Assembly: GCA_022340305.1 (NCBI GenBank)
Contig: JAJDOF010000069.1
Location: 26,277 to 90,276 of the forward strand
Reading direction: 5' to 3'
DNA from: Gammaproteobacteria bacterium
GTDB lineage: Bacteria; Pseudomonadota; Gammaproteobacteria; GCA-001735895
DNA length: 64,000 nucleotides
The notes under the pieces are model-generated. The model saw nothing but the letters and a program-made list of their open reading frames with translations, made no database searches and had not been told where the DNA came from. The first letter of the stretch is position 1. The number at the start of each line of letters is the position of its first letter. The position numbers and the translations under genes are program-made. Of the stretch, positions 29,475 through 39,214 are shown in pieces.

Positions 29475-29495
29475 ATATGCGGCTAGCCCGCATAT
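29475..29495. promoter_or_regulatory. Perfect 8-bp inverted repeat ATATGCGG-N5-CCGCATAT, 32-50 nt upstream of the GT2 operon start
   Basis: Seen directly in the sequence. No U-tract follows on either strand, so it is not an intrinsic terminator. The position fits an operator. Confidence 0.3.
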
Positions 29496-29663
29496 CTCAC
29501 CGAATTCCTGCTGTCGACGCCGCAAAGCGCGCCGTGACGGGCTGTACTCCCGACGGCCGGCTTGACGCAGTGTCGACTGCGCCCGGCGCCGCCCTCTGGT
29601 CCGTGCAACCCGCCACAGCGTCTTTACGACGCCCTCGCAACGTAGATCGGTGAGACATGAGGG

Positions 29664-29996
29664 CTAGGAAGTTGAATTGACACTGCCATGCCCGGGGAAA
29701 ACGGTGACGCTGGCGCCGTCGCTGTCCAGAATCCGATTTTTGCCACTGCTCTCGACCTCGTCGATACGTATCACTGCAAAATGGGGGATATAGGTGTGCT
29801 TGACGTTACCAAATTCGGTTTTCAGCTTTTCTTCGGCCGGATCGATCAGTAATTTGGAGTGTTCACCAAAGATGATCTCACCGATCTCGATAAAGCCCGA
29901 CATCTGCGACTGGCCAACCTGATGTGCATAGAGTTCGTATATCTTGTTGTTATTGTGGAACTGAATGCGAAAGGTAGATTTCGGGGCTTTGGCCAC
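29664..29996 (-). CDS. Conserved hypothetical protein (DUF1820-like)
   Basis: 110-aa ORF MAKAPKSTFRIQFHNNNKIYELYAHQV…, sharing its start/stop junction with the glutaredoxin gene. Confidence 0.5.
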   Translation of the reverse strand: MAKAPKSTFRIQFHNNNKIYELYAHQVGQSQMSGFIEIGEIIFGEHSKLLIDPAEEKLKTEFGNVKHTYIPHFAVIRIDEVESSGKNRILDSDGASVTVFPGHGSVNSTS

Positions 29997-30256
29997 TAGC
30001 TTGACTCCATCAATTCGTCGAGTTCGCCATCCATGTGCAGTTCGGTCAGTTCGCGAAAGCCGCCAATAACCTTGCCGTCGATAATGATCTGTGGAACCGT
30101 GCGTGCACCATTGGTCGCTGCGACGAATTGTTTCCTCGCCTCGTCATCGGTATCGATGAGGATTTCCTCAAACGGGATGTCCCATTGATTCAACTTGGCC
30201 TTCGCCATATTGCAGAATCCACAGTGGGCCGTGCTGTAAATGGTAACTCGTGACAT
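29996..30256 (-). CDS. grxC: Glutaredoxin 3
   Basis: MSRVTIYSTAHCGFCNMAK with the CGFC active site, 86 aa. Confidence 0.9.
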   Translation of the reverse strand: MSRVTIYSTAHCGFCNMAKAKLNQWDIPFEEILIDTDDEARKQFVAATNGARTVPQIIIDGKVIGGFRELTELHMDGELDELMESS

Positions 30257-30393
30257 CTATTTCGGTCCTTCGTGGGTATGCAAGCAGGGAGAGCAATTCT
30301 ACTACAGTTTGCTGACCCTGCAATTATAGCCCAATAATATTGTACATCGACATCAACCCCGGTTTCAGGCAGGCAGACACATCGGCGTCTGCT

Positions 30394-30717
30394 TCAGGCT
30401 GCGTCTGTGGTCTCCTGCACCAGTACCCAGGGTTTGATCGCCACGGCCCACAGCAGGCTATCGTCGGCGACCCATTGCCGGGCCTGATCATCGGACACCG
30501 CTGCAAGCTGCAGGCTTTCTGTCCATTCGCTCACGCGCTGCACATCGTCCTGTTGCAGTGCACAGGCGACTTCGACCAGGTCGAGGGCGCCTGCTACCCA
30601 GATGACTTTGCCGGAGGCAAAAAAGCGTTGTAATTCCAGCCATGGGATTTTAGCGGTTTCACCGACGATTTTAGCGCGTTCGAGTTCGCGCTCCTGTTGC
30701 AGCAACTTTTCTATCAT
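30394..30717 (-). CDS. Conserved hypothetical protein, translationally coupled to oxyR
   Basis: 107-aa ORF overlapping the oxyR stop by 4 nt (ATGA). No recognisable motif. Confidence 0.45.
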   Translation of the reverse strand: MIEKLLQQERELERAKIVGETAKIPWLELQRFFASGKVIWVAGALDLVEVACALQQDDVQRVSEWTESLQLAAVSDDQARQWVADDSLLWAVAIKPWVLVQETTDAA

Positions 30718-31643
30718 GCGACTGAGCGAATGATCTCGACGCCTTTGAGTGGGCTGGATTGAATGGTATTGCGAATCGTCGCGATAGCTTCCTGCCGCGG
30801 ATAGTGCTTGCGCCAGGCGATGGCCACGGTGCGGCAGGGTGCTGGCGACGTAAATGGCCGGGTCTCGATGAGCGACTCGTGGTGCTGGTTGTGCAACATG
30901 CTGGTGTGTGGCAATACTGTTATGCCGGTACCCGCGGCTACCATGTGGCGGATTGTTTCCAGTGAACCGCCCTCCAGCGTGCGGGTTAGCTCGCTATCAC
31001 CCGACATACAATTGGGACAAGCCTCGATAACCTGGTCGCGAAAACAATGCCCGGAGCCAAGCAGCATTAAATCCTGTGATGCGAGGTCTTCCGGCCTGAT
31101 CTGTTTGCGATCCTTCCACTCGTGATTGCGCGGCAGGGCGACGATAAACGGTTCCTGGTAAAGTGCTGCAGTTTCGATGCCGGCTTCGTCGAACGGGTAG
31201 GAAATAACGATGGCATCGAGCGTACCCTGCTTGAGGGACTGGAACAGGTTGGCGGTAAAGTTTTCCTCGATGATCAGTTTCAGATCGGGTGCGGTTTCAC
31301 GTAGTTTCGGGATCAGGCTGGGTAACAGGTAGGGGCCGATGGTATAAATGACACCGAGCTTGAACTGACCCGCCAGCGGGTCCTTGCCCTGCTGCGCGAT
31401 CTCGCCCAGAATCTGTGCCTGTCGCAGTACGATTTTCGCCTGGTCGATGACTTGCTGACCGATTTCGGTAATTCGAATTTCGTTTTTCGAACTGCGTTCG
31501 AACAGGCGAATGCCCAGTTCTTCTTCGAGTTTCTTTATCGCAATACTTAGGGTAGGCTGGCTCACAAAACAGGCCTGAGCTGCCTTGCCGAAATGGTTTT
31601 TTTGCGATACCGCGACGATATAGCGCAACTCGGTCAGCGTCAT
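30714..31643 (-). CDS. oxyR: LysR-family hydrogen-peroxide-sensing regulator OxyR
   Basis: HTH FVSQPTLSIAIKKLEEELG. The redox cysteine pair is in the canonical spacing: GSGHCFRDQVIEAC, corresponding to C199/C208. Confidence 0.85.
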   Translation of the reverse strand: MTLTELRYIVAVSQKNHFGKAAQACFVSQPTLSIAIKKLEEELGIRLFERSSKNEIRITEIGQQVIDQAKIVLRQAQILGEIAQQGKDPLAGQFKLGVIYTIGPYLLPSLIPKLRETAPDLKLIIEENFTANLFQSLKQGTLDAIVISYPFDEAGIETAALYQEPFIVALPRNHEWKDRKQIRPEDLASQDLMLLGSGHCFRDQVIEACPNCMSGDSELTRTLEGGSLETIRHMVAAGTGITVLPHTSMLHNQHHESLIETRPFTSPAPCRTVAIAWRKHYPRQEAIATIRNTIQSSPLKGVEIIRSVA

Positions 31644-31718
31644 GATAGTTAAAATTTATTAATTTCGAGAAATTAGAGTCTGCATAATAATCTACTACTT
31701 TGCAATCCATAACCGCTT

Positions 31719-32177
31719 ATGAAAAAGATCCTGCTTAAATTCCTGACTATAACTGTCGAAGAAACCGGACCCGAAGATATGGAGCACGCGTTGCGTGTCG
31801 CCACCGCGGTGTTACTGGTGGAAATTGCGCGCGCCGATTTCGTGGTTGAGCCGGTCGAACGGCAACGCTTGCGCGAATTACTGGAACATCAGTTTCAGCT
31901 ATCCGCCAGTGAGCTCGATGCAGTGCTTGAGGAAGCCGAGGCCGATGCTGACAAACTGGTTTCGATCCAGCACATTACGCGCCTGATGAATGATCACTAT
32001 GACCACGCGATGAAACGGCGAGTGATCGAAATGATGTGGCGGTTAGTCTATGCCGATGGCGAGAAAAGTCATTACGAAGAGCATTTGATTCGCCAGGTGG
32101 CCGATCTGCTCTACCTGTCGCAAAGCGAATTCATTCAGGCCAGGCATCTCGCTGAAGCGGATAGCGGCCAGTTCTAG
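31719..32177 (+). CDS. TerB-like (tellurite-resistance TerB / DjlA N-domain family) protein
   Basis: 152-aa all-helical protein. The pattern …RVIEMMWRLVYADGEKSHYEEHLIRQVADLL fits the TerB fold. Confidence 0.5.
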   Translation: MKKILLKFLTITVEETGPEDMEHALRVATAVLLVEIARADFVVEPVERQRLRELLEHQFQLSASELDAVLEEAEADADKLVSIQHITRLMNDHYDHAMKRRVIEMMWRLVYADGEKSHYEEHLIRQVADLLYLSQSEFIQARHLAEADSGQF

Positions 32178-32779
32178 AAGCTGCCGAGGTAGATAATTGG
32201 CGGCACGATCAGCATCTTTGCCACCACCAGCAGCAGACTGGCGAACAGCGGTGTCAGATCGATTCCACCTAACGGCGGGATAAATTTCCGGATCGGCTTA
32301 AGCACCAGGTCGGCGATGCGGTTGACCAGGCCGATGACCGGGTTGTAATGACCTGGGCTGACCCAGCTGATGATGACCTGGATGATGATTGCGATCAGGA
32401 ACACAGTCAGTACCAGTGCTATCAGGTCAGCGATACTGATCACCAACAGCCCGGCTAAACTTACGCTACCGATCGGCGCCATCATACCACCGATGTGGGC
32501 CACGGGTACCGACAGCAAACGCATTACTATGAACTTGGCGTAAATCAGTAGCAGGCACAACACCACCGATGCCGTATCCTGGCCGCCGATGCTCGGTATG
32601 AAGCGGCGCAGCAGGTGCAGCGGGGGAGTTGTCAGGCGTACGATAAACTGCGATACCGGGTTGTAAAAATCGGCGCGCAGCATCTGCAACAGGAAGCGCA
32701 GCAGCACCAGCAGAATATATAAATCGAACAGGGTGTTAATGATCAGCATCAGCGGTGAAATCAGGTAACCGGAGCCCAT
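32174..32779 (-). CDS. yggT: YggT-family membrane protein
   Basis: Two YGGT-type repeats. Synteny yggT-proC-yggS. Confidence 0.75.
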   Translation of the reverse strand: MGSGYLISPLMLIINTLFDLYILLVLLRFLLQMLRADFYNPVSQFIVRLTTPPLHLLRRFIPSIGGQDTASVVLCLLLIYAKFIVMRLLSVPVAHIGGMMAPIGSVSLAGLLVISIADLIALVLTVFLIAIIIQVIISWVSPGHYNPVIGLVNRIADLVLKPIRKFIPPLGGIDLTPLFASLLLVVAKMLIVPPIIYLGSF

Positions 32780-32790
32780 ATTGCCTGCCT

Positions 32791-33609
32791 CTATTCCTGG
32801 GTTAGTTCGTGTGCGAGTTCAAGCGAACGTCGCTGTGCAGCTGCGGTCGCATTGCGCACCAGCTGGTCGAGCCGGTCGTGTTGAAACGACAGGATCGCCT
32901 GTTCGGTCGTGCCTTTTTTTGAAGTCACCTGGTTGCGCAACTCGACCACATCCCGATCCTGCGCCATGGTCGCCGCTCCGAGTGCGGTTTGCCGGGCGAG
33001 ACGCGCAGCGGTTTCGGGTGGCAGCCCCAGTTCGACACCGGCCGCCTCGAGTAGCTCGATAAAGTAGAAAAAATAGGCCGGACCACTACCGGAAATTGCG
33101 GTGACCGCATCCAGATCCGACTCCTGCTCGACCCAGATGCTGATGCCAACCGCTTGCATGATTTGCTCGGCAAGCTTACGTTGACTGGCGCTGACTCCGG
33201 CGTTGGCGGCGAGCCCGCTGGCGCCAAGTTGCAACAAAGCGGGGGTATTCGGCATGCATCGCACGATCGCTCGTTGACCGCCGAGCCAGCGCTCGATTGC
33301 GTCCGCCGGCACGCCTGCGGCGATGCTGACAAACAGCTGCTCGGGGTTGCATGGCAGGCTCGACAGGGCGCTACAGACTTCGCGCATCAGCTGCGGCTTT
33401 ACCGCCAGCATCACGACATCGGCCGCTTGCGAACTGGCGAGGTTGTCGCTCGAAGTATTGATACCGAAACGCTGTTGCAACTGATCCAGTTGCCCGGCAT
33501 TTATATCGCAGGCAGTGATTGCCGCCGCCTCGTATTCGTTTGCCAGCAGGCCGCCGATCAGGCTCGACGCCATGTTACCCGCTCCGATAAAACAAATGCT
33601 GTGACTCAA
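32791..33609 (-). CDS. proC: Pyrroline-5-carboxylate reductase
   Basis: ICFIGAGNMASSLIGGL Rossmann motif, 272 aa. Confidence 0.9.
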   Translation of the reverse strand: MSHSICFIGAGNMASSLIGGLLANEYEAAAITACDINAGQLDQLQQRFGINTSSDNLASSQAADVVMLAVKPQLMREVCSALSSLPCNPEQLFVSIAAGVPADAIERWLGGQRAIVRCMPNTPALLQLGASGLAANAGVSASQRKLAEQIMQAVGISIWVEQESDLDAVTAISGSGPAYFFYFIELLEAAGVELGLPPETAARLARQTALGAATMAQDRDVVELRNQVTSKKGTTEQAILSFQHDRLDQLVRNATAAAQRRSLELAHELTQE

Positions 33610-34289
33610 AGACGTTCTCCAAAGATTGCTGTGCCGATTCTGACCAGGGTTGAGCCTTGTGAAATTGCCGCTTCCATATCCTGGGTCATGCCCATCGACA
33701 AGGTATCACAGTCCAGTCCCTGTTGCCGCAGCGACGTCAATGCCTCGGCGAGGCGTGCAAAGGCCCGGCATTGCCCGCTGTAGTCGGCGCGCGGTGCTGG
33801 AATCGCCATCAGGCCGCGCAACCGAATGCCGGGCAGTGCCACGATTGCCGCGGCCAGGTCATTGAGCTCGCTGAGGTCAATCCCCGCTTTACTGGCTTCA
33901 TGATCGATATTGACCTGGATGCAGATATTTAGCGGCGGCAGTGTCGCCGGACGCTGTTCACTCAGGCGTTTGGCAATCTTCAGCCTATCGACGCAATGCA
34001 CCCAGTCGAATGCCTCGGCAATGCTGCGCGTTTTATTCGATTGAATCGCCCCGATAAAATGCCAGTTGATATCCAGATCCTGCAATTCCTGCATTTTCTC
34101 CAGCGCTTCCTGCAGGTAGTTTTCGCCGAAATCACGCTGCCCGCAGGCGAAGGCTACACGGATGTCGCTGGCCGGCTTCTTCTTGCTGACCGCGAGCAGT
34201 AGAATTGAATCCGCGCTGCGCTCGCAGGCGCTTGCCGCGCTGGCGATCTGGGCGCGAATGTCCCTGAGATTTATTTCGATGTTATTCAT
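33606..34289 (-). CDS. yggS: YggS-family PLP-binding homeostasis protein
   Basis: …LLAVSKKKP… with Lys for PLP. 227 aa, alanine-racemase-N fold. Confidence 0.85.
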   Translation of the reverse strand: MNNIEINLRDIRAQIASAASACERSADSILLLAVSKKKPASDIRVAFACGQRDFGENYLQEALEKMQELQDLDINWHFIGAIQSNKTRSIAEAFDWVHCVDRLKIAKRLSEQRPATLPPLNICIQVNIDHEASKAGIDLSELNDLAAAIVALPGIRLRGLMAIPAPRADYSGQCRAFARLAEALTSLRQQGLDCDTLSMGMTQDMEAAISQGSTLVRIGTAIFGERL

Positions 34290-34431
34290 AGGTTTTTTCA
34301 GATGTTTTGCTATAGTTTATCTGTAATTACAAGGCTACAGCGAGCGTTCCAATTATATTCCGTTTGCTAGCGGGCTAAAACAAAACCCGTCATGAAATCA
34401 AATCTACCCGTAAACCGATAAGGGAAACTCC

Positions 34432-35466
34432 ATGGACATAGCTCAACTCCTGGCATTTGGCGTCAAACAGGGCGCCTCTGATTTACATTTGTCTGCTGGC
34501 TTGCCGCCCATGATTCGCGTCGACGGCGATATTCGCCGTATCAATGTGCCAGAAATGGAGCACAAACAGGTACACGACATGATTTATGACATCATGAGTG
34601 ACAAGCAGCGCAAAGATTACGAGGAGTTCATGGAGACCGACTTTTCATTCGAAATTCCTGGCCTGGCGCGCTTTCGCGTCAACGCATTTAACCACAATCG
34701 TGGCGCGGGCGGGGTTTTCCGCACAATTCCATCGAAGATACTGAGTCTGGAGGATTTGGGTGCACCCAAGATTTTTCAGGATATTTCCGAGTATCCGCGC
34801 GGCATAGTGCTGGTGACCGGCCCTACCGGCTCCGGCAAGTCGACCACGTTGGCGGCGATGGTGGACTACAAGAACGACACCGAGTATGGCCATATCCTGA
34901 CCGTCGAGGATCCAATCGAATTTGTGCACGAAAGCAAGAAGTGCCTGGTCAACCAGCGCGAAGTGCATCGCGATACCCTGGGATTTAATGAAGCACTGCG
35001 CTCGGCGCTGCGGGAAGACCCCGATACCATCCTGGTTGGTGAAATGCGAGACCTGGAAACCATTCGCCTCGCCTTGTCGGCCGCAGAAACCGGACACCTG
35101 GTGTTCGGTACCTTGCACACCAGTTCGGCGGCCAAGACCATCGACCGAATCGTCGATGTGTTTCCTGCCGCAGAAAAATCAATGGTGCGCTCCATGCTGT
35201 CGGAATCGCTGAAAGCGGTTATTTCACAGACCCTGATGAAGAAAATCGGTGGCGGGCGCGTTGCCGCGCACGAGATCATGATTGGTACGCCCGCCATCCG
35301 CAACCTGATTCGTGAAGACAAGATTGCGCAGATGTACTCCGCGATCCAGACTGGTCAGAATGTCGGCATGCAGACTCTGGACCAGAACCTGAAAACCTTA
35401 CTGGGCCAGGGGATTGTTTCCAAGGATGAGGCCATGCGCAAGGCCGCTAGTCCGGATTCATTGTAA
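34432..35466 (+). CDS. pilT: Type IV pilus retraction ATPase PilT
   Basis: MDIAQLLAFGVKQGASDLHLSAG… GPTGSGKST Walker A and AIRNLIRE motif. Confidence 0.9.
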   Translation: MDIAQLLAFGVKQGASDLHLSAGLPPMIRVDGDIRRINVPEMEHKQVHDMIYDIMSDKQRKDYEEFMETDFSFEIPGLARFRVNAFNHNRGAGGVFRTIPSKILSLEDLGAPKIFQDISEYPRGIVLVTGPTGSGKSTTLAAMVDYKNDTEYGHILTVEDPIEFVHESKKCLVNQREVHRDTLGFNEALRSALREDPDTILVGEMRDLETIRLALSAAETGHLVFGTLHTSSAAKTIDRIVDVFPAAEKSMVRSMLSESLKAVISQTLMKKIGGGRVAAHEIMIGTPAIRNLIREDKIAQMYSAIQTGQNVGMQTLDQNLKTLLGQGIVSKDEAMRKAASPDSL

Positions 35467-35493
35467 TCAGGCGCGGTACCAGGGGGACACTAA

Positions 35494-36663
35494 ATGGATC
35501 GTAACAAGGCAATCAGTTTCATGCACGACTTGCTCAGAATGATGGTGAGCAAGGACGGATCGGATTTGTTCATTACCACCGGGTCACCCCCGGCGATGAA
35601 AATCGATGGCAAGGTCACCACTGTATCCAGGCAAAATCTGTCGCCCAATCATACTCAGATGTTGGCGCGTTCGATTATGAACGACAAGCAGGTTTCCGAG
35701 TTCGAGGAAAAGCAGGAGTGTAATTTTTCCATCGCTCTTCCGGGAGTAGCCCGATTTCGTGTCAATGCATTCGTCCAGCGCGGTAGCTCCGGCATGGTAT
35801 TGCGTATTATCAATTCGGATATTCCAAGTTTCGAGGAATTGAATCTGCCGCCGATTTTGCAGGACATCGCGATGACCAAGCGAGGGCTGGTGATATTTGT
35901 CGGTGGTACCGGTTCCGGTAAATCGACATCGCTGGCATCGATGGTGGATTACCGCAACCGAAACTCTCACGGTCACATTATCACTATCGAAGACCCGGTC
36001 GAATTCGTGCACGATCACCGTAATTGTCTGGTGACCCAACGCGAGGTCGGCGTCGATACCGAATCCTATGAAATCGCGTTGAAGAATACTCTGCGCCAGG
36101 CGCCGGATGTTATTTTGATCGGCGAGATTCGAGACCGTGAGACCATGGAGCATGCGATTGCCTTTGCCGAAACCGGCCATCTGTGTTTGTCGACTCTGCA
36201 CGCCAACAGTACCAACCAGGCTCTCGACCGGATCATCAACTTCTTTCCGGACGAACGGCGTATGCAATTGTTGATGGACTTGTCATTGAACCTCAAAGGG
36301 CTGGTATCGCAGCGCCTGATTCCCAAGATTGACGGGGCTGGGCGTATCCCTGCCATCGAAGTCATGCTGAACACACCGTTGATGGCCGATCTTATTTTCA
36401 AAGGTGACGTACATGAAATGAAGACGCTAATTTCAAAATCGAATGAGGCCGGCATGCAAACCTTTGACCAGGCCCTGTTCGAGCTATACGAAACGGAGCA
36501 GATTACCTTCGAAGATGCATTGCGTAACGCCGACTCGGTCAACGATATACGCCTGCGCATCAAGCTGGAAAGCGAGACTGCGCGTAAGTCGGGTGTCGTC
36601 GAAGATCATCGTGATTTTGAACTCGAAGAGTCGACAGATGAGCAAGCCGGCGGGATGATTTAA
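35494..36663 (+). CDS. pilU: Type IV pilus ATPase PilU
   Basis: PilT-family ATPase with GGTGSGKST, 389 aa with an acidic C-terminal tail, immediately after pilT. Confidence 0.85.
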   Translation: MDRNKAISFMHDLLRMMVSKDGSDLFITTGSPPAMKIDGKVTTVSRQNLSPNHTQMLARSIMNDKQVSEFEEKQECNFSIALPGVARFRVNAFVQRGSSGMVLRIINSDIPSFEELNLPPILQDIAMTKRGLVIFVGGTGSGKSTSLASMVDYRNRNSHGHIITIEDPVEFVHDHRNCLVTQREVGVDTESYEIALKNTLRQAPDVILIGEIRDRETMEHAIAFAETGHLCLSTLHANSTNQALDRIINFFPDERRMQLLMDLSLNLKGLVSQRLIPKIDGAGRIPAIEVMLNTPLMADLIFKGDVHEMKTLISKSNEAGMQTFDQALFELYETEQITFEDALRNADSVNDIRLRIKLESETARKSGVVEDHRDFELEESTDEQAGGMI

Positions 36664-36679
36664 TGTACGGGATAAACAT

Positions 36680-37843
36680 ATGAGTCGCGAACCCACTACG
36701 GCGCTGCTCGAACCCTATCTCAGGGTAATGGTCGAAAAGCAGGCTTCTGACCTGTATTTTGTCACGGGTGCGCCGCCCAATATGAAAACCCAGGGGAATA
36801 CCGCGGCGATCGCCAAGAAAGCCTTTCTCGGAGGGCAGGTACAAAAGCTTGCCTATAGTTTGCTGAACGACGAACAGGTACGTGATTTTGAAATCAATCG
36901 GGAGTTAAACCTCGGTTTCACGCTCAACGATGTCGGCCGTTTCCGCGTTAACATATTCGTTCAGCGCTCCGAAGTTTCCATGGTCATCCGCTACATCAAG
37001 TGGGAAATACCGACACTCGACGATCTGGGATTACCCCAGATACTCAAGGATATCGTCATGAACCAGAACGGCCTGGTGCTGGTGGTGGGTTCTACCGGCT
37101 CGGGTAAATCGACGACCCTGGCATCGATGCTGAATCACCGAAACGCCCAGGTCGGTGGGCACATTTTGACCATTGAGGATCCCATCGAGTTCGTGTTTCG
37201 GCACAATAAATCGGTAATTTCCCAGCGTGAAGTCGGTATCGACACACTGAGTTACGAAAATGCGTTGCGCGAGGCCCTGCGCGAGGCGCCGGAAGTGATC
37301 ATGATCGGTGAGTCGCGCGACCGCGAAACCATGAAGTCCGCGATAGACTTCGCCGATACCGGCCATCTTTGTCTAACAACACTGCACGCGGTCAATTCAA
37401 ACCAGGCGATGGATCGCATCATGAACATGTTTCCGTCCGATATGCGCAAACAATTGTTGATGGATATGTCGCTCAACCTGAGGGCGGTCATCTCGCAGCG
37501 CCTGGTGCCGGGTATGGGTGGCAAGCTTGCCTGTGCAGTCGAGATCATGATGAATACACCCTATATCTCCGAGTTGCTGCGTGATGGTAACTTTAATGAA
37601 ATCAAGGAGATCATGGAAAAGGGTGATACTACCGGCATGCAGACCTTCGATCAGTCGCTGTTCAATCTCTACAAGTCCGATGCGATAACCATCAAGAATG
37701 CGCTCGCTTACGCCGATTCGAGTACCAACCTCGAATGGAAGATCAACTTCGGAGGTGAGGCGCGGGCACAGGATACGCGCCACAACCTCAACGCGCAGGG
37801 TGCGCTTGAAGAATTGAGCCTGCCATCGGAAGAAGACGAGTAG
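36680..37843 (+). CDS. Third PilT/PilU-family ATPase paralog
   Basis: GSTGSGKST Walker A and the PilT-family core. The N- and C-termini are distinct from the two upstream copies. Confidence 0.8.
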   Translation: MSREPTTALLEPYLRVMVEKQASDLYFVTGAPPNMKTQGNTAAIAKKAFLGGQVQKLAYSLLNDEQVRDFEINRELNLGFTLNDVGRFRVNIFVQRSEVSMVIRYIKWEIPTLDDLGLPQILKDIVMNQNGLVLVVGSTGSGKSTTLASMLNHRNAQVGGHILTIEDPIEFVFRHNKSVISQREVGIDTLSYENALREALREAPEVIMIGESRDRETMKSAIDFADTGHLCLTTLHAVNSNQAMDRIMNMFPSDMRKQLLMDMSLNLRAVISQRLVPGMGGKLACAVEIMMNTPYISELLRDGNFNEIKEIMEKGDTTGMQTFDQSLFNLYKSDAITIKNALAYADSSTNLEWKINFGGEARAQDTRHNLNAQGALEELSLPSEEDE

Positions 37844-37936
37844 TTAGCCTGAGTTTCCATGCCGTTTCCGCTCCTCGCTTTGTCGAGGACGCAGCAGCTC
37901 TGCCTTACCGGGATTGTCCCGGGAAAGTCAGCTGTT

Positions 37937-39214
37937 TCAGGCCTGATAGATAACCTTGCCGTCGATCAGCGTGTGCGTAACGCTACCGTGGAAATCCCAG
38001 CCACCAAACGGACTGTTCTTGCCCTTCGAAATAAACCTGTCCGGATCGCAAATCCACTGACTGTCGGGGTCGACGATGATCAGGTCTGCAACCTCGCCGA
38101 CACCGATCTTGCCGCCCGGTAAGCCGAAAATGTCAGCCGGATTGAGTGTCAGACGGGCAATCAGGTCACCCAGTGGCAAAACCTCTTCGTCGACCAGTCG
38201 CAATGCCAGCGCCAGCAGGGTATCCAGGCCGCTGATGCCGGCTTCCGCGGACGGAAAGGGTTTCAGTTTGGCGTCTACCTCGTGTGGCTGGTGGTCGGAA
38301 CACAGGCAGTCGATGGTGCCATCGGCGAGGCCAGCGCGTAACGCGTCGCGATCGTACTGGCTGCGCAGCGGCGGAATGGTGAGCGCATTGCTATTAAAAT
38401 CGCCGATATCATGGTCGGTCAGAAATAGCTGATGGATGGCGCAATCGGCGGTGATGGGTAAACCTTTGGCCTTGGCGCGACGTATCATCTCTACCGAGCG
38501 CGCACAGGATAACTGTCCGAAGTGGGTGCGCGCACCGGTTTGTTCTACCAGTTCGATATCCTTGGCCAACGCCGCGGTTTCCGCGATTTCGGGAATCGAG
38601 GGCAGCCCAAGCCGGGTCGCGACAGCGCCTTCGTGAACGCAGCCGTTACCCATCAGGTCATGGTCCAGCGGATGAATAATCACCAGCGACTGCTGCCCTG
38701 CGGCATAGTCCATGGCGCGGCGCTGGACCAGATTGCCGGCAAGCGCATGCAGGGCATTGCTGAAAGCGATGCAACCATTGGCGCGCAGGCTGCCCATGTT
38801 GCTGAGCTGTTCTCCAGCGAGGCCGCGCGTCAACGCGCCGATAGGATAAATCCGCGCATGGTGGCCGAACACCTCATTACGGTGATGAATCAGTTCGACA
38901 GTCGCGGAGTTGTCAATCGGTGGCTGGGTGTCGGGGGGCATGCAAAGGCTGGTGATGCCGTTTTTGACCGCTGCTTCGGTTTCGCTTTCGATGTTTGCTT
39001 TTTCCGGTTGCCCCGGGTCGCGCAAGCGCGCCTGGATATCAATCAGCCCGGGCAGGATGAGCTGGTTGCCGGCATCAATCACCTGTTCGGCGCGGAATCC
39101 GTTGGGGGCCGCTCCGAGGCCGACGATCTTGCCATTTTGCAGGTAGATATCGACCAGGCGAGGATCCGCCCCAGTCGCCTCGACAACCCTGCCGTTACGG
39201 ATATGCAGGCTCAT
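37937..39214 (-). CDS. pyrC': Dihydroorotase-like protein (non-catalytic PyrC' subunit of the ATCase complex, Pseudomonas type)
   Basis: 425-aa amidohydrolase fold placed immediately after pyrB, as in Pseudomonas. Confidence 0.75.
   Translation of the reverse strand: MSLHIRNGRVVEATGADPRLVDIYLQNGKIVGLGAAPNGFRAEQVIDAGNQLILPGLIDIQARLRDPGQPEKANIESETEAAVKNGITSLCMPPDTQPPIDNSATVELIHHRNEVFGHHARIYPIGALTRGLAGEQLSNMGSLRANGCIAFSNALHALAGNLVQRRAMDYAAGQQSLVIIHPLDHDLMGNGCVHEGAVATRLGLPSIPEIAETAALAKDIELVEQTGARTHFGQLSCARSVEMIRRAKAKGLPITADCAIHQLFLTDHDIGDFNSNALTIPPLRSQYDRDALRAGLADGTIDCLCSDHQPHEVDAKLKPFPSAEAGISGLDTLLALALRLVDEEVLPLGDLIARLTLNPADIFGLPGGKIGVGEVADLIIVDPDSQWICDPDRFISKGKNSPFGGWDFHGSVTHTLIDGKVIYQA

Noticed and set aside
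29399-29653. 84-aa plus-strand ORF in the GC-rich spacer upstream of the GT2 operon.
   Set aside because: Arg/Pro-rich translation with no start context. The region is better explained as the operon's promoter and operator, as shown by the palindrome at 29475-29495.
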